From Macrostomum hystrix (lineage: Eukaryota > Animalia > Platyhelminthes): a stretch of 64,000 nucleotides of DNA. The translations under genes and the position numbers were made by a program. Of this stretch, positions 14,280-25,865 are shown in pieces (position 1 is the stretch's first letter; each line of letters opens with the position of its first letter). A model generated the notes under the pieces. That model saw only the letters and a program-made list of their open reading frames with translations, was not told the DNA's origin and ran no database searches. The stretch covers positions 16,120,001 to 16,184,000 of the forward strand of contig CATNEN010000038.1 in NCBI GenBank assembly GCA_950097015.1, read 5' to 3'.

Positions 14280-14570
14280 CATATATGCGCAACCTCCCAA
14301 ATCTTAGCAGGCCATGCGACTTAGTTTTTGCTCTATTTACAACTTAGTTTGCTCTCATTTGCAACTTAGTTCATTTCATTGCTCTATTTATGACTTAGTT
14401 TGCTCTCATTTGCTCTCTTTTTCTCTCCCCTTTTTCCTTTTCTTCACGCCTTCCTTTTTTCTCCTTGGTCCCCCATTTGATTTTTTTGCGCTTGGTCAAT
14501 TGGTTTTTGCGACTTACCTTGCTTGGCCCTCATTTCACCCGCCAGTTTGGCCGGGTGTTGCGCATGTATG
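14280..14570. mobile_element. 291-bp MITE with CATA-starting TIRs and an 8-bp TSD (P- or hAT-like)
   Basis: TIRs CATATATGCGCAAC / GTTGCGCATGTATG (13/14); ACAGTAAA duplicated at 14272-14279 and 14571-14578. Confidence 0.85.
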
Positions 14571-15164
14571 ACAGTAAACACGGAATATTTTCATCTGGTT
14601 GTGGTACAGTGTAATTTATTAATTTAGTTTAATTAGAATATGCTGCAATTCAGAAAAAGTTCTAACATAAGCAAAACTCTAATGCTAGCTAGACTTAACT
14701 TGATCTAAAAAATCTAAAAATGCTATATAAAAGGCTCATTTGGGGTATGACAATGTATATGATAATTTTTTTATTAGTTACTAGTGAATAATTTAAGGAC
14801 AGTTGAATGAATGTTTAATCTATATATATACAAAATCCTTTGGCCTATCTAAAAAATCAAATCACTATCTTTTACCTGTTGCCACTGAAAATTCTATTTG
14901 ACTTTAGTAGACTTACTATGTACTTTAGGTATACTGTCAACTTAATATTGCATTGTTATTTTTTAAGAAAAGTTTTGTTTTAAATAGACACTATTAGCCA
15001 TGACAATAGGGCTCCATAGAAAATTTGCCTATCCAGTTAGATCAGATGTACTTTTTGGCCCAACAATTACTACTTTGTGTTACTTACAAAGGCCATGTGT
15101 AGAAATATCATTGATATTGTGTCTTTGTACTGACATCATTCCAAATTAATCCTTTAAATTTCTA

Positions 15165-15335
15165 CCCTAGCTATTGCTGGTACCCATTTTACAGCTCTGT
15201 GATCTGGAGCAATTGGGGAATTAAGTGTCTTGCTTCAGGTCAATGATTGATTCCCAGATTGATTACTTTGGGCTGAGATTTGAACCCATTAAACTCTTTG
15301 TTAGAAGTTCCGAGTTCTAACCACTGAACTATATA
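15165..15335 (-). mobile_element. Degenerate tRNA-derived SINE, family B (CORE-like body)
   Basis: GCTGGTACCCATTTTACAGC..TTAAGTGTCTTGC..GATTTGAACCC..CTAACCACTGAACTA matches the other family-B copies. Confidence 0.6.
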
Positions 15336-15569
15336 AGCTTCCTATTTGGATACTAACACATCCAACATACTTTTACTATCCATATATAAAATTTTTTGAA
15401 AATCGTTTGCTTTTTTAAGTTGAAATATTCTTTTTTAGAACCTGTTAACAGTACTATCTATAAAATCATGGAGTGATAAAAATTATCAACAATTAAAAGT
15501 GTCTAGACAGAGCATCAATATTAAAAAGCTCATAAATTTTTCCTTGTTCAAGGATTAAGCAAAACCAAA

Positions 15570-16181
15570 ATGCCACAAGAAGCTAAACATGGCCAAAGTG
15601 ATTCTAGCAGCGAGGATTCCGATGATGACAGCGAAGTTGACGACAGAATTCGTCAGGCAACACAAATTGATTATCTACAGCAAAGTAAAAAATCTACAAC
15701 AGCAAAGTCTACTGAAAATGGAGAGGCAATTAAAGTAGATTATTCAGTTACAGATCATTCCAAAGTTGTCATGGCAACAGACTATCGTAGTTTAAAAGCG
15801 CCCGACTTGTTTAGACGCCGGATGCAAGAAAAATTTGATGCCCTGTGTGAGAAAAATCTGAGATTTAGAAAATTATCGCCCGAGCCAGAGCCGGATGTTG
15901 GTGTTGAAATGCGCACTAAAAGACGAAGGCCACCAGCACTGTTCTCTTCACAGACTATGGCCAGTCTGCTTCCACAAGCTTCATCAGAAGAGCTCCAACA
16001 GGCACATAAGCAGTCTGTGCCGCCAAATAAAAAGCTGCGACTTCAATATCGCTCTTCGCGACTGGTTGGGGCGCAGTCCGACGAGTTGAGATTGCTGGCT
16101 GTGGACCCAGCTACTCTTTTGGCCAATAGCGGCGTCGCATGTCACAGACAAAGTTCTGGCAGTGCCAATGCACCATCATGA
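15570..16181 (+). CDS. Protein CUSTOS (C12orf43)-like, single coding exon
   Basis: Acidic SSSEDSDDD..RIRQA start, PDLFRRRMQEKFDALCE, LFSS and C-terminal RLLAVDPATLL follow the CUSTOS motif order. Confidence 0.65.
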   Translation: MPQEAKHGQSDSSSEDSDDDSEVDDRIRQATQIDYLQQSKKSTTAKSTENGEAIKVDYSVTDHSKVVMATDYRSLKAPDLFRRRMQEKFDALCEKNLRFRKLSPEPEPDVGVEMRTKRRRPPALFSSQTMASLLPQASSEELQQAHKQSVPPNKKLRLQYRSSRLVGAQSDELRLLAVDPATLLANSGVACHRQSSGSANAPS

Positions 16182-17237
16182 TTTCCTGTGAATCTACTGG
16201 GCTATATAATACTTTATAGTAACAAAAGTTCAGCTCTGAATATTAACCCACTGTAAGGGATTGAATTTTACAGACACGACAAAAATATCCACAACTGCAA
16301 GGGCTCATTTAGACACTTAAAGAATAGATCTAATGACTCGTAAAACCACAGCAATTCAAAAGGATAAACAAACAAAAAAGCTCTTTTAATAGTTATTGCT
16401 ACTATAGCAGGCCTGCATTTTTTATAGCTAGGTAGTCGTAGCATTTGATGAAGTACGAGTATATTACAAGCACTATAATGATTTGATGTTCATGAACGTG
16501 CTACGTATAAAATACACTGTCATTACGGCAGATTTTTCTGCTGTTGATAAGTAACTGGTCTGATTTCGTCATTTATAAATGCTTTTCCACAATTTAGTAT
16601 TCGTTTTAGTACGTAAATATTCAGTTCACTAAATACTACTAACAGTACAAAGCAAGTTGAACTAGAAGAAAATGAGACTTAAAAATGATCACTTTAAAAA
16701 TGCTTACATTTACGAGTTGCTAACCAAGTTAAGTCAGATGCATATCTGTTGGTACAGCTATTGTGCGTCGTTTTTACTCGAAATTCTACCCGAAGCTACT
16801 GCGGGTATCCAGTTTTTACTGTGTAAACTGATGCTAAAAAGTATTAAGTGTGCATTATTTCATTCCATTCTTTGAGATTCAAACTCACGACTTCTCAGTT
16901 GGTAAAAGGAAGTTCACTAGGCAAAAAAACTCACCCGATAAGTATAGATTATATGCTTGAAAATGGTGGGTTTGGCCATAGACAGAATAGGAGATGATCC
17001 TGAGCTGAACTGGGCGATCATAACATACTCTACGTTATTGTTAAGACTTCTACCTATTTTTAGCTCTCATGAGTAAACCTCATTACTATTAGTAGTATTA
17101 AGTACAAGCGGCTTCTTGATTTAGATTTTGCTTCCTTTATTATCACGCCACTCTTGTCATTGTCACTTTTTCAGACTCAAACCTGTAAAATACCGGATTA
17201 GAAAAAATATAAACAGTAGCGCGAATTTGAATAAAAA

Positions 17238-20200
17238 ATGGCGTCGGCAATGGTCGGCGCTAGCGGCGTCGATCCAGACGACTCGACCGATTTCACCGTA
17301 TCTTCGTCGGCGGATCATCGCGATCAACAATCCGACAGCGTCAATAGTTCGCCAAAACGTTTCGGCGGTCAGCAGCAACAGTCTCTACAAATATCTGATA
17401 GGCGCTCGCTCATGCACGAACTCCAACTAGCCAAGATTCAATTGTCTCAGCGCACTGCAGAATTAGAGAGCCGTCAGGAACAATGGAGCGCTAGAGAAGA
17501 GGATCTGGTTGATCGACTAGGATCCGCCGAGCGCGACTGCGCCCAGCTCAGGCAGCAGTTGGAGCACGAGTTGGCTCAGGCTAGAGCCGACACTAGGCGT
17601 CGAGAGGAGCGAAGTCGGAGAGCTTTGGAAGAGGCTCTTGACAGGCAGAGACGATTGGAGGAGGCAAATGCTCAACTTGTAGGACATACTGGCGATCTCA
17701 AGCGCAGCTTGCAGGTGAAAATTTATAATAATTCATATTTAGCAATAAGTACTAGCACATTAGCTACTAGCACTGTAGAGGTAAACAGTAGGAGTAGCTA
17801 CACCCCAAGTTGTGTAGTAAAATGCCTCGTGATCTAATTAGTAATAAAACTTTTGTCGAAAATTCTTTTTAATATGCTGCCGAGAGCACAGCCACAGCTA
17901 TTGCGCGGCGCATCTGAAGGCTGCGTACAGCTGTTCAGTCCATGGACTGGTGGGATGCCACACCTATCCTCAATTACCCCAACCCCAACTAATGCTGGTT
18001 ACAATGCTGGGTGAACTGAAGCAATGCGGAGTTCAGTGTCTTGCTAAAGGACGCGAATTGTTCCAGTGGAGTCAGGAATCGAACCGGCGGACTATTTTTT
18101 CTTTTCTATAAGCTTTTAGGATTCTAATCCCTAAAACATCTTGAATCCCCTGATTTTCAGGGCAGCCTGAGTATCCCTGAGGATCGCGCTCGTCAGCTCC
18201 AGTCCTTAAACGAAGACGAACTCAGCGTGCGCGACTTGGTCTGCCTTCGCCTGCATCAGCAGATTCAACCGCTGCGTCAACAGCTTGAAGAGGCCGGCGA
18301 GCGGGCCAAAGTGGCAACTGAAGAGCGTGACCGGCTGTACGAGGAGGCTGACAAACTGCGCGACTGTCTGGCTGGCGAGCGTCGGCTTCACCTTGCCCTG
18401 CAGGAGTCCTATCAGAAGGTTGGCCTGATTTGAACTTGAGTTTTTTAAAGACTTGAAATGTTATGTGATCATCTAAGTCAGGGGTCGGCAAACTAGTGGG
18501 CCAAAAAGAGAACCTAAAAGACGATAGCGGGCCGCATTGACTGTAGAAATATGAGAAAGGGGAGAGATAAGACGCGGGAGAGATAAGGCAGCGGAAAGAT
18601 ATAACGGCGGAGAGATGAGACAGCGGGAGAGATGAGACACAGGAGAGATGAGATCGAGGAGAGATGACACGCGAAAAAGATGAGACATGGGAGATTAGAC
18701 ACGGAAGAGATGAGACATGGGAGAGATGACACGCGGGAGAGATGAGACATGGAAGAGATGAGACACGGAGAGATGAGACCGAGCAGAGATGACACACAGG
18801 AGAGATGAGACATGGGAGAGATTAGAAGGCGGAGAGATAAGATAGCGGAGAGATGAGACGCGGGAGAGATGAGACACAGGAGAGATGAGACACAGGAGAG
18901 ATAAGACAGCGGGGAGATGAGACACGGGAGGGATAAGACACGGAAGAGATGAGACACGGGAGAGACGAGACAGGGGAAAGATGAAACAGGATACTGAAGG
19001 TGTCGGAAGGGGCAACGGGCCGGATTTGGGAGCTTCGAGGGCCGCATCTGGCCAGCGGGCCGGAGTCTGCCGACTCCTGATCTAAGTACAATAAATATTA
19101 GATTCCTATAAAGCGCAACGGTGTAATTTATAATCGGTAATTATTTGAATGCTTTTTATGAGGATCTCTTTGGTATAATTTTTATTATCTTTTTAATCCC
19201 GATCTTTATTTAACAGCTTTTAAAACAAAATGTTTATTGCATAATTTTAATTGTAAATATTTGTGTGAAATTACGAAATCAAATCAAAGCTTGGGCAAAA
19301 CGCGTTTCAATTGTTCTGTTGTATCCAGGCAGTATCCGAGCTCTCGGAAGTGCGAACTCAGGTTCACTCCGGCAACTACAAGGTGGCCCATTTTGACGAT
19401 GTAAAACACGATCGCGATCGTCTGAGTAGCCAGTGCGAGCAGTTGCAGTCGGCTCTGTCTGCTCTGGAGCAACAGGTGGCTTCCGTTTCTAAGGAGCGAG
19501 ACCAGCTTGTTAGGGACTTTGCGGCCTCTAAGCAGACTGGACAGCTGCTTAGACAGGATACCACCTATCTGAGCAATCAGGTGAGATAACTGCTGACAGA
19601 CTTGGTTAATTAATTTCTGACAGTCTTGGTGAGATAACTGCTGACAGACTTGGTGAGATAACTGCTGACAGACTTGGTGAGATAACTGCTGACAGACTCG
19701 GTGAGATAACTGCTGACAGACTTGGTGAGATAACTGCTGACAGACTTGGTGAGATAACTGCTGACAGACTTGGTGAGATAACTGCTGACAGACTTGGTGA
19801 GATAACTGCTGACAGACTTTGTGAGATAACTGCTGACAGACTTGGTGAGATAACTGCTGACAGACTTGGTGAGATAACTGCTGACAGACTTGGTATGATA
19901 ATAGCTGATAAGTGTGATAATAGCTGAAAGGTGTGATAATAGCTGAAAGGTGTGATATTAGCTGATAGGTGTGATAATAGCTGATAGGTGTGATGTACAC
20001 AGAAAGGCAATAAAACAGACGCCTACATCGGGGATAACAGCTGATTGAGCAGCGGTATAAAATCTCGCGCCCATTTCCTCAGATTGGCGAGTTGTCAAGC
20101 CGGGCGGCTCACGCCGAGGACCGCTGCGCCAGCCTTCAGAAGCAGCTAGACGAGGCGCGCGCCTCCCGAGAGGCGGCCATCGAGCGCAGTTTGGCCGAGC

Positions 20201-21187
20201 GGGATCGCCTGCGCGGCGAATTCGAACTGCGGCTCCACAGCGAGTTGGATAGGCTGAGAACTGGCGGCGAAGCGGAGCTGGACCGGCTGCGACGGCAGAC
20301 TCTGGATATGCAGGAGGCTCAGGTTGTTAGACGATAAAATATTGTGTAATTTAGTGATGCCACATTATGCACAAAACACGTGATTAAAAAGCTGTAAGTT
20401 ATTCTTTCTATGAAGACTAAAGAGATAGATAGGATATTTCGTTTTAAAACATCAAATTGTCTGCAGTTACGCCAGTCAAAATATTATACAAGATCTGTTT
20501 TAGTAAGCTTAGCGCGATGTGTACTTTTAAATTAAACTAATTAAAAATTGTATCCTACGTAGAATTAGTACTGTAACTCTACGTTTAGGACCATTCATAC
20601 GTATGTATGTTATGGCTTGTACCTATATAAGAATTTATGCCCGTATATAAGTTTCATTTGCACTTTTATGCTACCTACGACATGTACTTTTATTGTACTT
20701 AATATTTGTGATTTTATGCCACAAAACGTTTGTACTTTTACGCCACTTAAAATTCGTATTTTTTGTATATTGCCATAATTTAACGTTAAGGCTTTTATGT
20801 CAATAAAAAAATTATATATGGGCTAAGCAATTACCTTAGGGGGGTCAGTGGCAGAGCGGTTATCGCGTTTGCCTCTCGCACCAAGGTCCCTAAGTTCGAT
20901 TCCACGGCGAGGCCACATTTATTTGGGACGCAGCCGCGGAGAGAAAGCTTGGGGGCTTGTCGTGCAATTTACGCCCTTGAGGGCCAACCTCCAAGGCACA
21001 GTGAAATGTACACTGCCTGACGATGAGAAAGTCAGGGCAGATGTACACACCTGTGTGAGCGTGTGCCTGCGTTCAGTATCTGAGTGCGTGTGTGCTCAGG
21101 AGTCAGCGAAATGGGCAGAATTGCCTCCTCGCTGGCTGCGGGTCTAGTGTCACCAAATGATGTGCCACTGCCTGCAGCCCTCCTGCA

Positions 21188-21224
<37 letters not shown>

Positions 21225-23713
21225 TAAAGTGCTCAATTACCTTTAAAATCCAAATTACCATCCAAACGCAGGTGCGTGCAATGCGCGAGCAGCGAGACCA
21301 AGCCGTCCTGGAGCGAGAGGCCGCGGTAGCTCGCCTAGCCGACGCCGAAGACCGCCTGCGCGAGGCCCGCGAACAGCTGGCTAGAGCCGGCCTGGCCGCC
21401 GACAAGCGGGCAACAGATTTGACTGCGGAGCTGCGGGTTCGAGAATTTGAACAGGTATTAAATACAATTCGAATCTACACTGGGAAATTCGCATTATATT
21501 TCCTATTCAGAAAGATTTTAACCAGCAGAACAGCCGCAGCTATTGCTGCAGCACTGTTCAGTCCATGGACCGGGGGAACGCCACACCAACCCTTAATTCT
21601 ACAGCTGATGCTGGTACCCATTTAACAGCTGGGTGAACTGAACTGAAGCAATGCAGGGTTAAGTGTCAAAAGTGGTTAAAAGTCGCTGAGTCCGACGGTC
21701 TAACTCCTTGGCTACAACCAGTTTTTGCAAGTTGTGAATTTCGGCGGTTTCTAAAGTCCACGGACTGAACAGCTGTTAATAAACAGATTTTGGATTGCAG
21801 CTTGCTATTTAAAAAAATACGATGCGTACTACTGCATTAACAGTAGGCTGATTGTGTACCGGTCTATTAGTCTAGATATTCGGCAGGTGGAGTGTCTCGC
21901 TTGTTTAGTTTTCTTAACAGCCATCTGTCACATAAATAGTTTTTATCTATCTAGGTTTATTTGGCAAAACAAAATTTTTTAAACAGTTAGGTAGATTTGA
22001 TTCGATTTTCACACATATACATAGAATTCCTTGCAATTCAGGATCGAGCCACTCTTCTACTAAAAGAGGCCAACGCCAAGCTAGAGGAGGCTGCCCTTGA
22101 GCAAGAACGCCTCAGAGCTAAATTGCAATCGGCTGAGCAAGAATTTTCCAGACTAGAACAATCCTCTAGGCGGCATCAGCAGGATCAGCAGGTTCGCATT
22201 GATCAACTGGCGGCCAGTTTAGAAGCCTACGAAGCTGCCGAACGAGAATTGGACCAGGCTGTCCTGCAGGCCGCTGAAATTGGTGGCTCCAATGGCAATG
22301 ACGGATGCAGTCCTGATCAGGTTGGATAACTTTTGTTGCAATTTTTTAATGTCATTTTTTATCTTGAATTGTCTCATACTACCAAAAGTAGTACAACTCA
22401 CGCAAATTAGTATACACGTGTTTTACTAGCGAGTTGTAATGGAATATTAATATCTTGAAAAATCGCAGCTTATTGCGGCCGGCGTTGCTATGCCAACCAC
22501 GGCGAGACGCCGTCTTCGCCAATCTGTTGAACTGGCCAGACGAGTGCTGCAACTGGAGCGTCAGGCTATTGAGCTGAACACGGCCTTAGACAAACAGAGA
22601 AGCGAGGCGGCCAGATACAAGCGAGAATTTGAGAGGCTGGAAGCCACACTGGCCGATGCCGAGCAGCCATACGGCTACCTGGTGGACTCGCTGCGATCAA
22701 GGGACGCTGAGTTAGACGCTACTAGGTATGCTTGCTATTAGCTTTGTTAGTTTAGTGCATCAGCTCAGCCAGTACCTTACCAGCTCAGCCAGTATCTCAC
22801 CAGCTCAGCCAGTATCTCACCAGCTCAGACAGTATCTCACCAGCTCAGCCAGTATCTCACCAGCTCAGCCAGTATCTCACCAGCTCAGCCAGTATCTCAC
22901 CAGCTCAGCCAGTATCTCACCAGCTCAGCCAGTATCTCACCAGCTCAGCCAGTATCTCACCAGCTCAGCCAGTATCTCACCAGCTCAGACAGTATCTCAC
23001 CAGCTCAGCCAGTATCTCACCAGCTCAGCCAGTATCTCACCAGCTCAGCCAGTATCTCACCAGCTCAGCCAGTATCTCACCAGCTCAGCCAGTATCTCAC
23101 CAGCTCAGCCAGTATCTCACCAGCTCAGCCAGTATCTCACCAGCTCAGCCAGTATCTCACTAGCTCAGCCAGTATCTCACTAACTACTCACCCAGTATCT
23201 CACTAACTACTCACCCAGTATCTCACTAACTACTCACCCAGTATCTCACTAACTACTCACCCAGTATCTCACCAACTACTCACCCAGTATCTCACCAACT
23301 ACTCACCCAGTATCTCACTAACTACTCACCCAGTATCTCACTAACTACTCACCCAGTATCTCACTAGCTACTCACCCAGCATCTGTATCTCTATGTACTC
23401 TTTACTACCCACCAAACTCTATTCCAGACAGCAGCTGGCCGAAGCTGAAGCCCGTCTGGAGGCCCTCTCGGTAGATCGCAATCGTCTAGCGGAGGCCAAG
23501 AATCGCATGTCGGCTGATTTAGAACGCCTCCTGGCTCAACGCGAAGAGGTATCAATGCTGCGCAAGACTATCGCCGCAATGCAATCGAAACGAATGGCTG
23601 GCGGCGGTCGGAGCTACCCGGCTCGCTCCGTCGGTGTCGCCCGGTTGGCGGACGATCAGGCAACATTTGACGAGCTCAAGCCTGGCCAACCGTACGCATT
23701 GCACTATTCTTAG
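17238..23713 (+). CDS. PIBF1: PIBF1/CEP90; exons 17238-17714, 18161-18418, 19329-19580, 20083-20322, 21272-21454, 22042-22320, 22469-22725, 23428-23713
   Basis: Motifs RRSLMHELQLAKIQLSQ, GNYKVAHFDDVKHDRD, LLRQDTTYL, PTTARRRLRQSVELARRVLQLE, QPYGYLVDSLR and MSADLERLL; eight exons join in frame. Confidence 0.95.
17885..18092 (-). mobile_element. tRNA-derived SINE, family B
   Basis: Minus strand carries box B (GGTTCGATTCC), then GCAAGACACTGAACTCCGCATTGCTTCAGTTCACCCAGC (CORE-like) and AGTCCATGGACTGAACAG, shared with 21525-21720, 24283-24430 and 60683-60935. Confidence 0.8.
18479..19079 (+). mobile_element. hAT-type MITE carrying an internal ~16-bp minisatellite
   Basis: TIRs CAGGGGTCGGCAAAC / GTCTGCCGACTCCTG (13/15); exact 8-bp TSD ATCTAAGT at 18471-18478 and 19080-19087; GAGAGATGAGACACGG array at about 18560-18990. 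Confidence 0.92.
19581..19995. repeat. 24-bp minisatellite beginning at the PIBF1 intron-3 donor, followed by a shorter GTGTGATAATAGCTGA-type array
   Basis: Unit GTGAGATAACTGCTGACAGACTTG. Confidence 0.95.
20839..21223 (+). mobile_element. Full-length tRNA-derived SINE, family A, with (ATT)n tail
   Basis: Box A (TGGCAGAGCGG), box B (GTTCGATTCC), structured body and (ATT)12 tail; CAATTACCTT flanks both sides (20828-20837, 21234-21243); second copy at 61571-61769. Confidence 0.88.
21525..21720 (-). mobile_element. tRNA-derived SINE, family B
   Basis: Colinear with 17885-18092 (CAGCCGCAGCTATTGC, TGTTCAGTCCATGGAC, GCTGGGTGAACTGAA). Confidence 0.8.
22760..23380. repeat. 20-bp then 23-bp minisatellite in PIBF1 intron 7
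   Basis: CAGCTCAGCCAGTATCTCAC, then CTCACTAACTACTCACCCAGTAT. Confidence 0.95.
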
Positions 23714-24282
23714 GGTATCAGCGACTGAATATCTGTGTGACTTGAGTAATAAAACATTGGTTAGAAATCAGCTGCGCTGATGACTATGTATTATTTTTTA
23801 ATAGATTTTTTAATGAACTTCAAATTACACTACTTACAGTAGAAATATAAGTATATATAGAAAGCCTAATGCCGTCCTTCCACGCAAGCGTGATTATTAT
23901 CGCAAACATTGTTTTTTTAACTCTCATTTCTTATAGCTTGTTTTTATTAGTAACATTGCTTCTATAGTTAGTGATTTTATGTTTTGTTGGAATTTTCTGT
24001 ACATTTTTATTATATTATTTTCTGTCAGTCTCATTTTCTGCTGGCTATATTTACTTTCAATAATTAAATAAGTATAAAATAGTAGGTAACCTACTATCTT
24101 AGCGTAAGGTTGCGCTGTGACTAATATGTATATTTTTACATTTTTTTTACGCGACAAATAAAGTGCTAAAAATTCCCTAACAATGATATTTTAACTAGCG
24201 AATGATTATTTTTTGTTTGATTTAACCTGAATTACGAGATAATTATAAAGATAATGCAATGTATATCGAAATTTTTTAGCCT

Positions 24283-24500
24283 ACCTTGAATGTCGTGAGT
24301 TCGATTCCCCACTTTACTGGAACAATTAGTGTCATTTAGCAAGAACTTAACTCTGCATTGCTTCAGATCACCCGGCTGTTAAATGAGCGCCAGAATTAAC
24401 AGAGGTAATTAGGGGTGGGTGTGGCGAGGGGAATCAAGTGACTTCCCCGATGACACAACTTGCTTCTCTTGGACTGAGATTCGAACTTCCGACTACAAAG
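24283..24500 (+). mobile_element. SINE family B copy plus an inverted fragment
   Basis: GTCGTGAGTTCGATTCCC head, TTAGCAAG..TTAACTCTGCATTGCTTCAGATCACCCGGCTGTTAAATG body. Confidence 0.7.
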
Positions 24501-25056
24501 CTCAATCCACCTCACTTATAACTAGAACGTAGAACTAGACCACTCCGTTTTGGACTAATGGACTAACTTTCAAAGCCGTCAACGACGTCAGCATCGTCGA
24601 GATTCTTGTCGAAGACTCTGGTGACAAAGACAACTAAAAGTGCTCTCTATAAACGTTTATGGCAAATCTATGTTGGTTTAATAATATAATAATTGCCTAT
24701 ATATTCAATGCAATGTAGTCAACAACAATCGCCGACATACTTATAGATTTGGTGGTTTCTGCAACCATTCACCCCGTTGAGAGAACCGTTGAATATCTTG
24801 ACGATATAGATGCTTTGTGATTCTGGAAGTTGTTTCATCTGAAAGAGCGGAAAATTTTATCCTGTGTTCTGGATTTTCATTGACATTGGTTAAATATGTT
24901 GGGAGATACAGAATCAAGAAAAGTACCCCGAGAACTTTCTACCGTTAATAGATTACAAGTACGAGATTACAAGTCGTAGTTATCAATTTATTGCTTCATC
25001 ATTCTAGCAAAAATGCTTCTAACTTATCGTCATAATTTCTATCACCATTTTTCAGC

Positions 25057-25470
25057 ATGTCGGCTCCGCCAGCTGCTCAGCAATCTTCTCCTAGCAATCA
25101 TTCTAATAACAATCATCTTCAGCAGCAGCCGCAGTCGAAGCCAAGCGAATCCTTCAATCGTGAAGCCAAAGAGCGCCTCTGTCAGCGCACCCAGACATTC
25201 CTAGAGGAGTTGAACTCGCTGACTCGCAGCCTATTGAAGAATTCTCGCTCCTCCGAACTGTTGCTGCAGAGCGCTAAAAGCACAGCTTCGCTAGAGACCA
25301 CCGTGCTGCAGACCGCCGCTACACTGAATCGCGTTGCCCTTGTCACTTCCAATTTGGCCTTACAAACCGAAGCTATTGGCAGAGATTTAGCCGTACTAGA
25401 CGAGATCAACGATCAAGTGGTTGCTGTTAGCAGGTATAATTACTTCCTTCATTGTATTCGATTAAGTTAA
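25057..25470 (+). CDS. BORCS7: BLOC-1-related complex subunit 7; C-terminus either read through to 25470 or spliced 25433/25544 with stop at 25595
   Basis: LTRSLLKNSRSSELLLQSAK..VALVTSNLALQTEAI matches the BORCS7 core (LKGSRSSELL). Confidence 0.85.
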   Translation: MSAPPAAQQSSPSNHSNNNHLQQQPQSKPSESFNREAKERLCQRTQTFLEELNSLTRSLLKNSRSSELLLQSAKSTASLETTVLQTAATLNRVALVTSNLALQTEAIGRDLAVLDEINDQVVAVSRYNYFLHCIRLS

Positions 25471-25865
25471 GTGCACCCTAAGCTCGAATCTTGAGGGTGC
25501 GCCCAGTTGCCCTGTTATATTTAGTATTTTTCTGTTTTAACAGGTACGAGCTAATATTTCTGCGTTTTTTAAGTAACGATTTGATTAGAATCTGATTTGT
25601 CAAGGATAGGCACGTGCTCAGTGCTTAAAGCGAGGCCAAAACGCACGATTGTACGTTTTTACTACGATTTTACTCGATTTTACTCGCGCGATTTTACTAC
25701 TTACTTAGTAAATAATTGGCTAAGACAGTTTTACTGCCACTTGAGTTTTCTAAAAATAGCTACAATCATTGATTGTCAATTATATCGCATTTTTTCTAGA
25801 CTTAACTATCTACTCTGTTGTATGTAGTCGTTAAGTGTATGTTATTATTATATTCCAGACAATAA

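Noticed and set aside
21010-21050. CTGACGA..GAAA hammerhead-like words
   Set aside because: There is no room for stem II and no cleavage-site helix; the bases form a simple hairpin.
21105-21150. GCCTCCTCGCTGGC matches the HDV ribozyme P3/L3 region and is preceded by a CGAAATGGG J4/2-like word
   Set aside because: The elements are in the wrong order, and I could not build P1, P1.1 and P2. The downstream bases instead form the SINE 3' hairpin. An RNArobo/Infernal HDV search on the family consensus would settle it.
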